Of a stretch of DNA of 64,000 nt, positions 14,368-28,620 are shown one piece after another. Origin of the DNA: the human T2T-CHM13v2.0 reference genome, Homo sapiens; NCBI RefSeq assembly GCF_009914755.1, contig NC_060926.1; one strand, 5' to 3'. Position numbers and translations under genes: made by a program. Positions within the stretch are counted from its first letter, which is position 1. The number at the start of each line of letters is the position of its first letter. The notes under the pieces were generated by a model. That model was given only the letters and a program-made list of their open reading frames with translations, searched no databases and had not been told where the DNA came from.

Positions 14368-15269
14368 TAGTTGATCCTCATTATCATTTAGTCTACTTGC
14401 TAAAATTTTTTTGTAATTCCAAAGTCAATACTTGTGGCACTTTTGCAATCATTTTTAGATATGTGCAGAGTTGGTGAAAAATTTGAGTCCCTTGCTATGC
14501 ACATTTCCAGTTGAGGCTGAACAAGGCGATACTCTGCCTTCTTGTTTCAGCCCTCATGTGGTCCTTTTGCAGTCTATTTATTGCCACTTTTTAATTAATT
14601 AATGTATTTATTTTTGCATGTTAGTGTTTTTGTTGGTGACTTCCCTGTTTTTAAAAACCCCAACTATAATGCTGAAGTGCTGCCTGGAGTTTCTAAAGAC
14701 AAGGTTACTGTATTGTGCGGTATGGAGAAAATATATGTTGGGCAAACTTCATTCAAGCACGAGTTATAGTGCTGTTGGCTGCAAGCTCAATGTTAGGAAA
14801 TCAGTAATACTATACATTCAGAAAAAGGAAGAGGAAATTCACCAGTCTATACATGAGACCTCTCTGGAAAGTGCTCACATAGCATCAATAGTGCATGATG
14901 AAGCTATGGGAAAAATGGAAAAATTGCTGAATTTGTGGATTCATGAGATGAATTATGATGCTGAAAACCAAAGATATTTATGGTCATGTTACCCAAGGTC
15001 AGGAAAGTGTTAAACCCCTCTAAGTTAGTGTTTTATTATAAAGAAATACTGCATATAATTATTTGTTAGAAATATATATTAAATATGGTGTCTTTAAACA
15101 CACATAAAATAAAGTTATATATTGATCAGTTGACAAAAAACCTTGCGGCCGGAAGCTTGTGGGAACCTATCCCTGTATTTCCTCTAGGAGCAATGGCACA
15201 GTATTTGTTAATCCAATGTTTATAGTGACTTTATAGAATATAACTACTATGAATCACAAAAACTGACTG
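14368..15269 (+). mobile_element. TcMar-Tigger element (MER82/Tigger17-like) with a transposase HTH remnant
   Basis: TIR-like ends tagttgatcctcattat...aactgactg|TA; ORF 14618-15013 contains KKEEEI...AMGKMEKLLNLWIHEM, a pogo/CENP-B-type DNA-binding segment. Confidence 0.8.
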
Positions 15270-15448
15270 TACATTCTTTAATACTCTTATAGCTGTGATT
15301 CTCAATCAGGGTGATTTTGTATGCCAAGGGACATTTGGCAATGTTTACAGGCATTTTCATTGTCATGACTAGGTGGAGGGTGGGGGATCAGAAGATGGTG
15401 CTATTGGCATCTAGTAGGTAAAAGACAAGGATGCTGTTAAACTTCCTA

Positions 15449-15817
<369 letters not shown>

Positions 15818-15825
15818 TCAAAAGT

Positions 15826-15953
15826 GGCCGGGTGTGGTGGCTCACACCAGTAATCCCAGAACTTTGGAAGGCTAAGGTGGGTGGGTTGCTCGAGCTCAGG
15901 AGTTCAAGACCAGTGTGGGCAACTTGGTGAAACCTCATCTCTCCAAAAAAAAA
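15826..15953 (+). mobile_element. FLAM_C/AluJ left monomer
   Basis: ggccgggtgtggtggctcac...gagctcaggagttcaagacc...A tail. Confidence 0.88.
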
Positions 15954-15990
15954 GTCAAAAGTGCCAAGGCTGAGAAATCCTGCTTTATAC

Positions 15991-16204
15991 CAAGGTCTGC
16001 AAATTATTTCTATTAAGGGCCAGATGGTTAATATTTCCACCTTTGTGGGCCATGTGGTCTCCCTCACAGCTACTCAACTCTGCCACTGTAGCATGAAAGC
16101 AGCCACTGACAATATCCCAGCTGATGAATGGGTGCAGCTATTTTCCAATAAACTTTATAAAACTAATCAGCATGTTGGATCTGGGCCTGGGTTTTTGAAT
16201 CCCT
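15991..16204. mobile_element. MER58A (hAT-Charlie)
   Basis: aagggccagatggttaatattt...ctactcaactctgccactgtagcatgaaagcagcca...ttccaataaactttat. Confidence 0.88.
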
Positions 16205-16210
16205 TCATAG

Positions 16211-16389
16211 CAGTGATTCTCAGTCTTTGGATGCTTGTTAGAAGAACCCAGCAGCTTTTAAGCAGTGGTATTTCCTGAACTCCACTCCTTAAAATTCTGA
16301 TTGGATTGGTCTGGGATATGCCTCCAGGGTTGATATTGCCTAAGGGCTCTCCAGGGATTAGAAAGTACAACCAGCACTGAGAGCCACTG
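16211..16389. mobile_element. MER5-family MITE (hAT-Charlie)
   Basis: TIRs cagtgattctca...tgagagccactg; central attctgattggattggtctggg. Confidence 0.8.
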
Positions 16390-16821
16390 CTCTGAAGAGC
16401 TGCGGTTTGTGTATTTGAAGGTCGACTTGCACAGTAAACCCTTATCAGTAATCAGCAGACCCTTTTCTTGCAATCTGGCTTTTGTCCCATGCACTCTCCT
16501 GAAAGTCCCCAAATTAATGGCCTTTTTTTGTATTCATTCCTCTGAACCTCTGAGGTTCAGATTTAGAAACACTCCATGTTTCTTGAAACTCCTCACTCTC
16601 CTGATTCTCCTCCTGTGCTTCCAACTATTCCTCTATCTCTTCTTCCATCTCTTGAACCTTAAATATAGGTGCTCCCCTGAGAGCTGTTCTGAGACTCCTC
16701 TCTGACTAATTTTCCCTGGACTTTGTCATAGCTCTACCTGTCTATAAACAACATTCACACTGCTGTTGGCTTGATGTCTCCCACAAAGATTGGTTTAGTA
16801 GGTTACCTGGTGACTCGAGTC

Positions 16822-17087
16822 TTTCTTTTCTTTTTTTTTCCTTAAGACGGGGTCACACTCTGTCGCCCATACTGGAGTGCAGTGGTGCTGTCGTAGCTCA
16901 CTGCAGCCTCTACCTCCAGGGCTCAAATGATCATTTCTCCTCAGCAAATTATTTTATTTTTATTTTTTGTAGAGATGGGGTTTCACCATTTTTCCCAAGC
17001 TGGTCTTGAACTCCTGTACTCAAGTGATCTGGCTGCTTCGGCCTCATAAAATGTTGGGATTACAGGCATGAACCACCACACCCAGCC
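16822..17087 (-). mobile_element. AluJ with an internal deletion
   Basis: Antisense Alu with J diagnostics (gtagctcactgcagcctc, gggctcaa); near-TSD ctcgagtctt/ctctagtctt. Confidence 0.9.
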
Positions 17088-17546
17088 TCTAGTCTTCGTT
17101 TGATATAGTTTTGGAAATTAGACATGAAAATTATTATTCATGAAACTAACCAAAAGTCTCCTTTTCCAAATATCAATTCCCACCTCATAGGAACTTTCAT
17201 AGAACATTAAAAAAAAACTGTGATCCTTACTATGGAACCGTCTTCACTGGAAAAAACTGCAGTAGTGTCATTTGGGGAATTTGTAGCTTACGTTATGCAT
17301 CTAGACCTACCTCATGCTGAATAGAAAGTATATACAAATTTAAATAACACTTAATAAGTAGTATAAATGCTAATTTTGCATTTTATATCACCAGAACTGT
17401 CCTAGAGTTCAGAGTTATAATAATGAGGCACTTGCTCATTGGAAGATACGATCTATCTGGTAGACCTTGGCAGGAGATAAGAAGCACATACAAACTGTGT
17501 AACTGGCGAGAACTTTAAGAGGGTCTGTTTACCAAGGTGTGGGCGG

Positions 17547-18070
17547 GTGTATTTGTTTCCTAGGGCTGCAATAGCAAATTACCATAAACTTGGTGGCTTA
17601 AAACAAGAGAAAAGTATTCTCTCACTGTTCTGGAGTCCCGAAATCTAAAATTACGGTGTCAGCAGGGCTGCACTCCATCCAGAGGCTCTAGATAATTACC
17701 TTTCTTGCTTCTTCCAGCTTCTGGTAGCTGTTGGCAATCCTTGGCCTCCTTGGTTTGTGACCACATCACTCCAAGCTCTGCCCTTGTCTTTGTATCACTT
17801 ACTCCTGTCCTTTCTCACTTTTGTATCACTTTCTGCTCGGTTTGTCTTCTTCTCTTTTGTCTGTGTCAAATCTCCCTTTGCCTTTCTCTTATAAGGACAC
17901 TTGAGATTGGCCTTTCGGCCCACCTCAATAGTGAAAGATGATCTCCTCATCTCAAGAGCTTCAGCTTCATTACATCTACAAAGATCCTTTTTCCAAATAA
18001 GGTCATATTCATTCACAGGTTCTGTGAATGTGGACATGTCTTTTTTGGGGGCCACCATTCAATCCACGAG
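17547..18070 (-). mobile_element. MLT1C-like solo LTR, nested in an older ERVL LTR (LTR33/41-like, ~17490-18345)
   Basis: tgtatttgtttcctagggctgc...aaacttggtggcttaaaacaa...gggggccaccattcaatccac. Confidence 0.8.
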
Positions 18071-19139
18071 AGCAGGGTTGGGGGAAGCCAACAAGGAATG
18101 GCAAGGCCCTGTGAGGTCTGTCTTTACCACAACTAGGCCTGCAGCGGAAAGGGGAGGAAGCACACAATGGAACCTGGAGCCAATCACTATCACTGTAGGG
18201 TGGGGAGGGAGGTACCTGACAGCAGTGTGGCTTTCGAAAGAGAAATTCAATTAATGTGTGGGCTGCCATAAAGAGAGCCAGGAGAATAAAGATCCAGTTT
18301 CATCCTCCTCCTACCCTCCTATTTGTGCCTCCCATGAGTCAAGTCAAGATAAAAGAAAAAAAAAAAAAAAGAAGTTCAAATGAGGTTGCCTTCACAAGTG
18401 CAGCAATAGATTTAGTTCTTCCTATATGTAAAAAACAAATGAGAACTTTTTTTTCCCTGTAATTTCAGACCATTACACACTGGTACTAGGAAGTACTAAT
18501 TACCTCTGTGTTTTGGGAAAAGCACTATAAGCAGAGTATAAACCACCTTAGTCCTTTCCATACATAAGGATAATTCCATTATCATAAGCATTGTTACTAT
18601 TATTTTACTCCCCTTATTTATATTCCTTCTCTCTACCAAAAGGAATTTAGGTGGCTCATGAAGAAGAGGTTATATTATTATAAGGATGATGAAACTGAAA
18701 TAGAAAATCAAGACCATGGAAAGGAGGAGAGAGAAAAAATGTCAACCTGAAGGGCTGATATATTTGCTGTGATGGAGCATCAAATTCAGTTCTGCCCTCC
18801 TGGCAGCCGTCGTTATGATAACGTAGTTATGTCCACATTTCACTTGAACAGAGCTTCCCTTATCTAGTCACGAGAAACTCTGCAACACACAGTTCCACAA
18901 AGACTGTCTCCTCTCTGGTTCATGTAATAGTCACTTTCTATTATTAAAAATTACCAGATAATTTGCAGAGCTAATCACTTGTGAAAATAAAAACTTGTGG
19001 GTTGGGGAAAAAAGACTGTAGAGGAATATGGAAGGACTAGAAAGAAAAGAAATAATGAGGGAATGAAGAGGGAACATAGTTACAGTCAATGAAGCTCTTC
19101 TAATCATTTATTATTTAGACATTTTCTCACCCCTCCTTT

Positions 19140-20435
19140 TATATTTTTGTGTTATCGAGGGATAATTTATGTACAATGAAATTCACACATTTAAAGTGAA
19201 TTGTTGATTATTTTTGACAAATGTTTATAGCTGTGAAACTAGCCTCGCAATCACGATACAGAACATTTCATCACCAGCCAAGATGCCCTCATACCCGTTA
19301 CACCTAAATCCTTCCCTCCACTGCGGGCTGCTAGCAACAGCTGATCTGCTTCTTATCAATATAGTTTTGGCTTTTCTAGAATTTCACATATATAATATTT
19401 TATGCCTGACTTCTTTTACTTAGCATAATGCTTTTGAGATTCATCCATGTTGTTGCCAGATATCATAATTCATTCTCTTTTTATTGTTGACTAGTTAACC
19501 ACTTTTTGAAAATATCACAGGTTATTTATGTGTTCACCAATTAATGGACAATTGAGTTGTTTCCAGTTTTTGGCAATTATGAATAAAACTGTTATGAATA
19601 TCTGAGTACAAGTCTTTGTGTGAGCATACATTTTCATTTTCCTTGGGTAAATGCCTAAGTGGGATTAGTTATATGGTATATGTATATTTAACTTTATAAG
19701 AAACTGCCAAATTGTTTTAAAATTAGCTGTACAATTTTACATTCCCACCAGCAATGTATACTATTGTTTTGCATATTTGTCAACAGTTAGTATTTTGAGT
19801 CTTCTTTATTTGGGCCATTCAAGTGTGTGTGCGTAGGTGGTATTTTTTAAGTTTGCAGTTTCCTAATGGTTAATGATCGATATGGTTTGGCTGTGTCACG
19901 CAAAATCTCATCTTGAATTGCAATCCCTGTAATCCCCATAATCCCCACGTGTAAAGGGAGAGACCAGGTGGAGGTAATGGAATCATGGGGCCAAGTTTTC
20001 CCTATGCTGTTCTCGTGATTGTGAGTGAGTTCTCACGAGATGTGATTGTTTTATAAGTGTTTGATAGGTCCTCCTGTGTTCATTCTCGTTCTTGCTGCCT
20101 TGTGAGTGAGGTGTCTTGCTTCTCCTTCCACCATGATTGTAAGTTTCCTGAGGCCTCCTCGGCCACGCGGAACTGTAAGTCAATTAAACCTCTCTTCTTT
20201 CTAAATTACCCAGTCTTATAGCAGTATGAAAATGGACTGATAATATGATGATGTTAAGCATTTTTTTTTTAGTATTTGTTTACCCCTCTTTGGTAAACTG
20301 TGTGTTTAAATCTTTTGTTCATTTTAAAAATTGGGCTTTGTGTCTTATTAAATCCTAAAAAGTTCTCTTTGTTTTAAAATAGCCTCATTTAGACAAATCC
20401 ATAAGCAAATGTGTTTTGCAAATTTTTTTCTTATG
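19140..20435 (-). mobile_element. Old L1 (L1MB/ME) 3' fragment interrupted by THE1
   Basis: cttagcataatgcttttgagattcatccatgttgt, aactttataagaaactgccaaatt, cattcccaccagcaatgtat. Confidence 0.85.
19878..20244 (+). mobile_element. THE1 (THE1D-like) solo LTR
   Basis: gatatggtttggctgtgtc...ccatgattgtaagtttcctgaggcctcc...gtcaattaaacctct; TSD ATGAT. Confidence 0.92.
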
Positions 20436-21412
20436 AAAAATATTACTTATACCATACAGCTATTGTAAGAAATTAGGTTAGCTATATGCAAAACTTCTGA
20501 TACCTAGCAGCCACTTAGGAAATGCAAATTCTCTTCCCACACGTTTTCCCTTCACCAATAGATTCAAGTACTCTAGAAAAGTTAAGGATTGTGCAAGCAA
20601 GAAAAAGTTTTTGGGTGAGGACATTTTGGAGAGAATAATTTCAGGACACAGGTGAGGTTATAAGGGAAATTGCAAAGGATTAGAGAGGAATGGTAACGAT
20701 TGAATCAAGAAGCACAGATGATTCAGATATTTGGGAGATGAGGGAAGAAGAAAGAAGGCAGTAGCATAAGTGTGAAGCAGCACAGTGTAGTGGTTAAGCA
20801 CAGGAGTTTGCAGCCAGGTTTCTTGGCTTTGAAGCCCAGCTCTGCTGCCTGCAAGCCATGTTGAGTGTGGGCAGTCATTTAACCTGTGTGTGAAAATGCA
20901 GGGAAGAGAGCAGCTTGGGGGGTTGGGGAAAGCTTAGATTTGCATTTGCTAAAGAATATCAAGTACAGGGACCACAGAAATTCTGCAGGATATGTCAACT
21001 CAGATGATGATTTCTCTTTTCAATTAAGTGTGATGTTAAAGCATCTGCCCAGAAAGAGGAAAATCAACGGCAGCTTGAAGCTTAGGGGAAGTGAAGAAAA
21101 TGAGGGATAGCAGTTGTTGAGACTTAGTGACTTGGCAAGAAAGGCATTAAAAGATCACTAATAGTCGAGAAGGAATCAGGTGAGCTTGGAGGGCATGAAT
21201 AAAAAATGGCTTCCATCAACAGATTTTTGTGACTCACTCCAAATGACATTTATCAACCAGGAAGCAGGAGAGGGAGAAAACAGAACACAACCTACAGAGG
21301 GAAGAGATAGTGGTTGGCAAGACAGCAAATTTATGAAGGATTCTAGACGAGCACATTGTCAAAATGGTCAACTGTTTAACATATATCAAGACGATGGAAT
21401 AGCAAGACACTA

Positions 21413-21799
<387 letters not shown>

Positions 21800-23764
21800 T
21801 TAAGTGGCAAATTTTAAATGGCAGCTCAAATGAACCAGAAAGTAAGATGGAAAGGAAAGCTGAAAAGGTAGTGGCTCACATACTTCAAGTTTGTTGATAA
21901 CCCAATGTGGATGAAGTTGAACTGATGCATGGCGAGATATCCGATGGAAGGCTCTCTGATTATGGGGAATTTTAGAGTGGAGAGTTTTGAGGGAGAGAAC
22001 TTTGGAGGCTGAGGCACATTAACTCATAAGTATTAGAGTTAGAGATGGAAGAAATAGCAAACTGGTTGATTAAAGGACTATCGGGTCAGTGTCAGGGAGT
22101 GTAATGCTGGGGGGTGGAAAGTGAAGATGCTCACACACACTGCGGAAGACAGTAGTCCCCATGGGACTAAGAGGCAGGTTTTAGAGATCAGTAGATTGTT
22201 GCAGAGATTTCTCAAGTATATTGTCTTGCCAACTAATCCTGAAAACAGGTGGTAGGTCTGGGTCCAGCTGAAGATTTGCTTGACCTTGTCTTACACCTAA
22301 TGCTAAGCGAGTTTTTGTATTACCTTCTGTGATTGATGTCATCTCAGTATTCACAGCACACCCACACTGTGCTCCAGAAAACATGAAACTAACAAAGCCC
22401 AGCTCTCAGCATCTTCCTCCTCACTCTCAGACATAACAAGCCTGCTGGGACAATTCCAATGAGCTGCCTTTGCCTGGGACAGAAACGTAGGGCTGGAGAG
22501 GGTGGAAAACAAAATGATCTTCCTACCTGCTTCCTGTGGGGCCATTTTAAGCGGGTGGGAGAGTGGGAGGGAGAGCTTATCTATATTTCAGTGCTGGTTA
22601 AAAAACATACCTTGGCTTTTGATTCAAGGTACTAATTTATGTAGTTTACATATTTGCACTCTGAGCCCCACGGTTCTTAACCACAAGTACACAGGCGTGT
22701 AAAAGGCCATTTAAGATGAGTCACTGAAATCTCGAGGGGCGTTTGTTCTCCCTCCTGCCTCTTCCACTTCTAGCGTGTTAGGTGAAGTTGTATTTGGAGG
22801 AGGCCCACAGGAAGAGCTAAGCAACAGCTTCAGAATTCAGCTGGAGCTTATGGTACATCATGTACCTCAATGGAAAAAAAAATTAAACTTGCCAGTGTCT
22901 ACGTTAAAAGTTTTTGACATTTATTTAAACAAGGTCAGTTTCTTCTTTCTCTATGAAAATAGGCAAAATATTGCCACCTAAATGTCTTCATTTCAAGTAA
23001 TTTGCAACACATACACAAATCACTGAGGGGCTAAGGTGACATTATTGATAATTCAAGTTTCAAAAAGGGATTCTGAGAAATTGCTTTACTGCTATGTGTT
23101 CCAGACTGACTGCCTCCATTAAGTACGTTCATTAGATAATCGCCTGACTTTTCCACTTTCCTTTTCTGGTGAAGCCACATGTAACATGTCCAAAATGTCT
23201 AGGGGAAATCATGGAAATCATGGAACTTGTGCACATGCATACAGCATTGCTTTTCAAAAAGGACAGAATATGTTCAAGAACTATTTATATTCTGGGCAAG
23301 CTTTGAATTTGTATATATTATGTGCACAGAAGATAATTTGTTATCATGTTGTACACCAAATTAAATGACCCTTTGATACTGAGGTCATGCCCATTCATAT
23401 TAGTAGGAGTTAAAGACACCAAGAGGACCAAAAACTGATGCCAAGAATGCATGGAATGGTTTCCATGGAGCATAATGGCACAATTGTCTTATGGAACAAA
23501 ATTGAAAAGAACTGGAGAACAGGAAAAGGGCGTGGTGTCTGCAAAAATGAAAAACTTTATTCATGGATTCAAATTTATGCTTAAAATGAATTGAATGTGA
23601 TACACCATTCTTAGTTTTCAGACAAACGTTAGAAACTAGCTAAATAGTGATGGAACTTTTAGAGTAGTCTGGCAAATTTTTCTGGAAATTACTTTCCCTC
23701 AACCTCAAGTATTATCACCAGTTCTTTTTCACTCTTCCTGAGAGGATGAAAGAACATCTTCTAA

Positions 23765-24048
23765 TTTTGGTAGAGACAGTGTCTTACTCTGTCACCAAGG
23801 CTAGAGTACAGTGGCATGCAATCATAGCTCACTGTAACCTTGAACTCATAGGCTCAAACAATTCTACTTCAGCCTCCTGCATAGCTAGGACTGTAGGAGC
23901 ACACCACTATGTCTCTCTAATTTTTTATTTTTAGAGACGGGGTCTCGCTACATTGCCCAGGCTAGTCTTGAACTCCTGGCCTCAAGTAATCCTCCTGCCT
24001 TGCCCTCCCAAAACGCTGGGATTACAGGTATGAGTCACCACACGCAAC
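23765..24048 (-). mobile_element. AluJ
   Basis: Antisense dimer with atcatagctcactgtaaccttgaactc. Confidence 0.9.
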
Positions 24049-25982
24049 GTACTTTTATTTTTTAACCAATGCTTTTGAACAGGTTCCTTTCAAACTCCTT
24101 CTCAGGACTTCATGCCACCGATCTTCACATTGCCTTATAAACCTGCCATTTCTCCCTACACATCTTGACGGGCTTGTTAGTAGAGTCCATTACCATGAAG
24201 AAACCAATCTGACCAAAAGATTGTTAAATTTTTGCCCAAGAGATATCCAAACAATTTGTTTTATCTTCCTATTGAACTGTTGGTTACATTTTGTTGTATT
24301 CTATAACCATAATTAAACCTTCCTATGATTGTCTACAGCTTTGTGAATGCTGAAAACCAATACATTGCTTTAACATTCTTGTATGTAAATATTGGTCACT
24401 CAGAGGCTTCCTGATAGTACAATTTGGTGCCATTCTTAGGACCATTACTTGTGTTAAATTCAAATTAAGGTACCTTTCTTATGCCACCAATTGCTTAAAA
24501 TCATTCCACAGTTTAGTTTGTTTCATAATTTCTAGTTTAGATTGTTTGTTATGGTGCTTTCCCCACTATGTATCTAACTAGTTCCTTTCATACTCTTCTT
24601 ATAACTTGGAATCTATTTTATTGTTCCCTAAAGCTCCTGACTTTGTTTGAATTTGACAACTTTGGTCATTCGTGGACTAATACTTTCATAGTTACCCCTC
24701 TCCCAACTTTTCCCACAGATCTCCTCCTCGGAATCCTTGTACCTTACTAGTGTTATAATTTGGACTGATTACTTTCTAGGTTTTATGTCATTCTATGGCT
24801 CCCTTTTACTGTGCTCCTGGATTGGATGGATGTACTGTTTCTTGGATCCTACATTTTTTTCTTTGATTACTTTGCTCCTTTGTTTTGCTGTAGTACATTT
24901 TTAAGAAACTACTTCTGAAGAGATACATGGGATGAAATGTTCTGAGATTTTACAAGTTTAAAAATGTCATTTCTTCTGCTCTCACCTCTGAAAGCTTGAC
25001 TGAGTGTAGAATTCTAGGTTGCAAAAAAAAAAAAAAATCCGTTAGAACTCCCTAACATGATAAAAGGAATTTATGAAAAACCCACGGCAAACATTACGCT
25101 CAATGGAAAGACGAACACTTTCTCCTAAGACAAAGGAACAAGACAAGGAGGTCTGCTTTTGTCATTTTTATTCAACTTTGTACTAGAAGTTTTAGAGCAA
25201 TTATTCAAGAAGATGAAGTAAAACTAGTCACAGATGATATGATCTCATATTTAGAAAAATTTTTAAAAATTTCCCAAAATTATTAGAGCTAATAAATGAA
25301 TATAGCAAAGTTGCAGGATACAAGATCACAAATTCAGTGGTAATTCTACAATGAAGAGACCAAAAAAGAAATCAGGAAAACAGTACCATTTATAATACTA
25401 TCCAAAATAATAAAATACCTTATAAATTTAACCAAGGTGGTGAAAGATTTTTGCACTGAAATCTATAAAACATTGCTGAAAGAAATTGAGGAAGACCTAA
25501 ATAAATGAAAAGATATAACATGTTCATGAATTAGAAGATTTAATATTGGTAAGATGTCGATACTAAAGCAATCTAAACATTCAATACGGAGTCTATCAAA
25601 ATTCCAACAGCCTCTTTATTTTTTTTTTTTGGCAGAAATGGAAAAACCAAACTTCAAATTCATATGGAATTGCAGGGCCCCTAAAAAGCCAAAACAATAT
25701 TGAAAAAAGAACAACAAAATTGGAGAGCTCACATTTCCTGATTTCAAAAGCTACTGCAAAGCTATAGTAATTAAAACACCGTGATACTGGCACAAGGATA
25801 AACATATAGATGAATAAAAGCATGAGTCCAGAAATCACAGATCTGTGGCAAACTGATTTCAACAAGGGTGCCAAGACCATTCAATGAGGAAGAGTAGCCT
25901 CTTAACTAAATGATGCTGGGACAATTGGATATCCCCATGTAAAGGAATTAATTTGGATCTTTACTCCATATACAAAAATTAA

Positions 25983-26200
25983 AGACCAGCCTGGGCAACA
26001 TGGTGAAACCTTATGTCTACAAAAAATATAAAAATTAGCTGGGCATGGTGGCACATGCCTGTAGTCCCAGCTACTCAGGAGGCTGAAATGGGAGGATTGC
26101 TTGAGCATGGGAGATTAAAGCTGCAGTGAGCCATGTTCACACCACTGCATTCCAGCCTGGCTGAGAGAATGAGACCCTGTCTCAAAAAGACAAATAAAAC
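25983..26200 (+). mobile_element. 5'-truncated AluJ
   Basis: Begins at agaccagcctgggcaacatgg; J-type ggaggattgcttgagc. Confidence 0.9.
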
Positions 26201-26489
26201 ATAAAACCTCAGAATGGATCAAAGACCTAAGAGTTAAAACTATAAAACTTTCAGAAGGAAGTATAGGAGTAAATCTTGATGATATTTAGATTTGGCAATG
26301 GTTTCTTAGATATGACCCCAAAAACACAAGTAGCAAAAGAAAATAGAGAAATGAAATTTCACTGAAATTAAAAACTACTATGCATCAAAAAACACTATCA
26401 AGGGAGTGAAAAGAGATAGCATGATAGGGTGACTACAGTCAATAATAACTTAGTTGTATATTTTAAAATGATTTAATTACATAATTAGA

Positions 26490-26795
26490 TTTTTGTTTGT
26501 TTGTTTTTTGTTTTTTTTTTTTTTAAGACAGAGTCTTGCTCTGTCACCCAGGCTAGAGTGATCTCTGCTCACAGCGACCTCTGCCTCCTGGGTTCAAGCA
26601 ATTCTCCTGCCTCAGCCTCCCGAGTAACTGGGATTATAGGTGCCTGCCACTGTGCCCAGCTAATTTTTGTATTTTTAGTAGAGACAGGCTTTTGCCATCT
26701 TGGTCAGGCTGCTCTCCATCTCCTGACCTCGTGATCCACCCGCCTCAGCCTCCCCAGAGTGTTGGGATTACAGGCCTGAGCCACCGCGCCTGGCC
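26490..26795 (-). mobile_element. AluS (Sc/Sg-like)
   Basis: Antisense dimer ending gccaccgcgcctggcc; ctgacctcgtgatcc. Confidence 0.92.
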
Positions 26796-27424
26796 TGGAT
26801 TGTTTGTAACTCAAAGAATAAATGCTTGAGGGCATAGATACTTCATTCTCCATAATGTGCTTATTTCACATTGCATGCCTGTATCAAAACATCTCATGTT
26901 CCCCATAAATATATGTTCCTACTCTACACTTGCAAAAAATTTTTAAAAATAATAAAAATAATTTTTTTAAAAAGTGAAACAAACCATGGAAGGGGAAAAC
27001 ATATTTGCAAATCATATATATGATAAGTCTGATATCTAGAATATATGAAGAGTTATTACAAATCAACAACAGCAAAATAAATACCCAGTTTAAAAATAGG
27101 CAAAAACCTTGAATAGACATTTATTTAAAGAAGATATACTAGTGGCTAACAAATACATAAAAAGATGGTCAACATCATCAGCCAGTAGGAAAATTCAAAT
27201 CAAAACCACCATAAGATACCCTTTCATATCCGCTAGGATGGTCATAGCTAAAAACCAAACCAAGCAAGTGTTGTCCAGGATGTAGAGAAATTGAAACCCT
27301 GAAACATAGACTAATAGACTACTTGTTTCCCAGTGTCTATTAGTTTGCTATGATGAAGTTTATGTTAAGTGTATTTTACCACAATTTTTAAAAAATGAGG
27401 GGAGGGATGGCAGGCTAAAGTACC

Positions 27425-27803
27425 TGTCACAGTTTTGTCAACTGGGCTAGGCTATAGAATGTAGCTACTTAATCAAAAACTACTCTAGATATTGCTGTGA
27501 AGATATTTTGTAGATGTTGTTTACATCTACAACTGATTTTAAGTAATGTCAATTTAAAGCTTTGCTTTAAGTAAAGATTATCCTAAAGTGGATGGGAAGG
27601 CCTTAAGAGCACAAAAAAAAAAAAAAAAAAAATTCTGCCTCAAGACAGCAGCATCTACCCCTGCCTGATTTTCCATGCCTGTCCTACAAATTTTAGACTT
27701 GCCATTTCCCACAATTTTGTGTGCCACTTCCTTAATATATATATATGTGTGTGTGTGTGTGTGTATCTCCTTTTTTTTTTTCTGGAGAACCCTAATTGAT
27801 ACA
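27425..27803 (+). mobile_element. MLT2D-like ERVL solo LTR
   Basis: tgtcaactgggctaggctat...ttgctgtgaagatattttgtagatgt...ctggagaaccctaattgataca; TSD gtacc/gtgcc; internal (TA)(TG) microsatellite. Confidence 0.85.
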
Positions 27804-28379
27804 GTGCCTTAAAAAAGTTTCTCTTAAAATATTGAAGCCATTCTTCCTAATCTTTTAGTTGTTGATGAGAATTTTAATACCATACTTTTGCAGATGATTT
27901 ATTGATTTCTCTTGGAGGCCCTTGGAATCTTCCTATTTTTGGTTCCAAAGTTAGACAATGGTATCCTGAGTGTCTTTCATTGGAAGAAAAAGAGTTTTCA
28001 AATATGAAGATGTGTTTCTCCCTTCAGGTCTGGAATGTGACTTACGAAATTCCTTTGTTTTCTCTTTGCTGTTTTCTTTATTCTCTGTCTGGCATGTCTA
28101 TTAGGCAGATATTTGACCTTTTGGTTAATTTTCTTTGTCCCCTTACTCTGTTTTTTTGTTGTTGTTGTTGTTGTTGTTTTATTTTTTAAAACAGGTTCTA
28201 TGAATTATTGTCCTACCTTGGGTTGATAATATTTTTCTGAAATTATATTTGAAATGTTCAAAAGTTCCCTATTCAGTATTTTTTATTTTATTTTATAAGT
28301 GTTCTATTTTCTGGAATTTCTAGTTAAATTTTATTTGCTCTAAGCTATCTCTTCTGTTAGTTTTCTGCTTATTTATCAT

Positions 28380-28620
28380 GAGAGGCAAAATTGCATAGTA
28401 GTTTATCACTGCAAACTGGAAGCAAATCAAACCCCACCTCTAATAAGAGCTAACTGTCCAAACTTGGGCAAGTAACTTAAGCCATCTCTGCCTCAGTTTC
28501 CTGGGGCATAATAACTAAGCTTACATTCATTTTGTGAAGATCTAGAGAGTTTGTTTATAAGCATACTCAGATAACTCCCAGCACATGGTAAGCACTCAAT
28601 ACATGTGAGCTATTCTTACT
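28380..28620 (+). mobile_element. MIR
   Basis: cttgggcaagtaacttaagccatctctgcctcagtttcc...catggtaagcactcaatacatg. Confidence 0.75.

Larger units (their letters stand above)
25032..27395 (+). mobile_element. L1MB-type ORF2 fragment with a nested AluJ, L1MA 3' end (~26418-26965) and AluS
   Basis: Degenerate RT/C-terminal L1 sequence (gcaaagttgcaggatacaagatca, aacaagggtgccaagaccattcaatg, tatttgcaaatcatatatatgataag). Confidence 0.9.

Noticed and set aside
14618-15013. 131-aa ORF as a possible domesticated transposase
   Set aside because: Only a partial HTH inside a non-autonomous Tigger element; no catalytic domain.
17191-17327. Possible exon with an EF-hand-like peptide (VVSFGEFVAYV)
   Set aside because: Two stops, a poor donor (GTATAT), and the key loop residues are missing.
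23435-23584. WD40-like peptide MVSMEHNGTIVLWN
   Set aside because: Short motif, no splice signals, compatible with chance.
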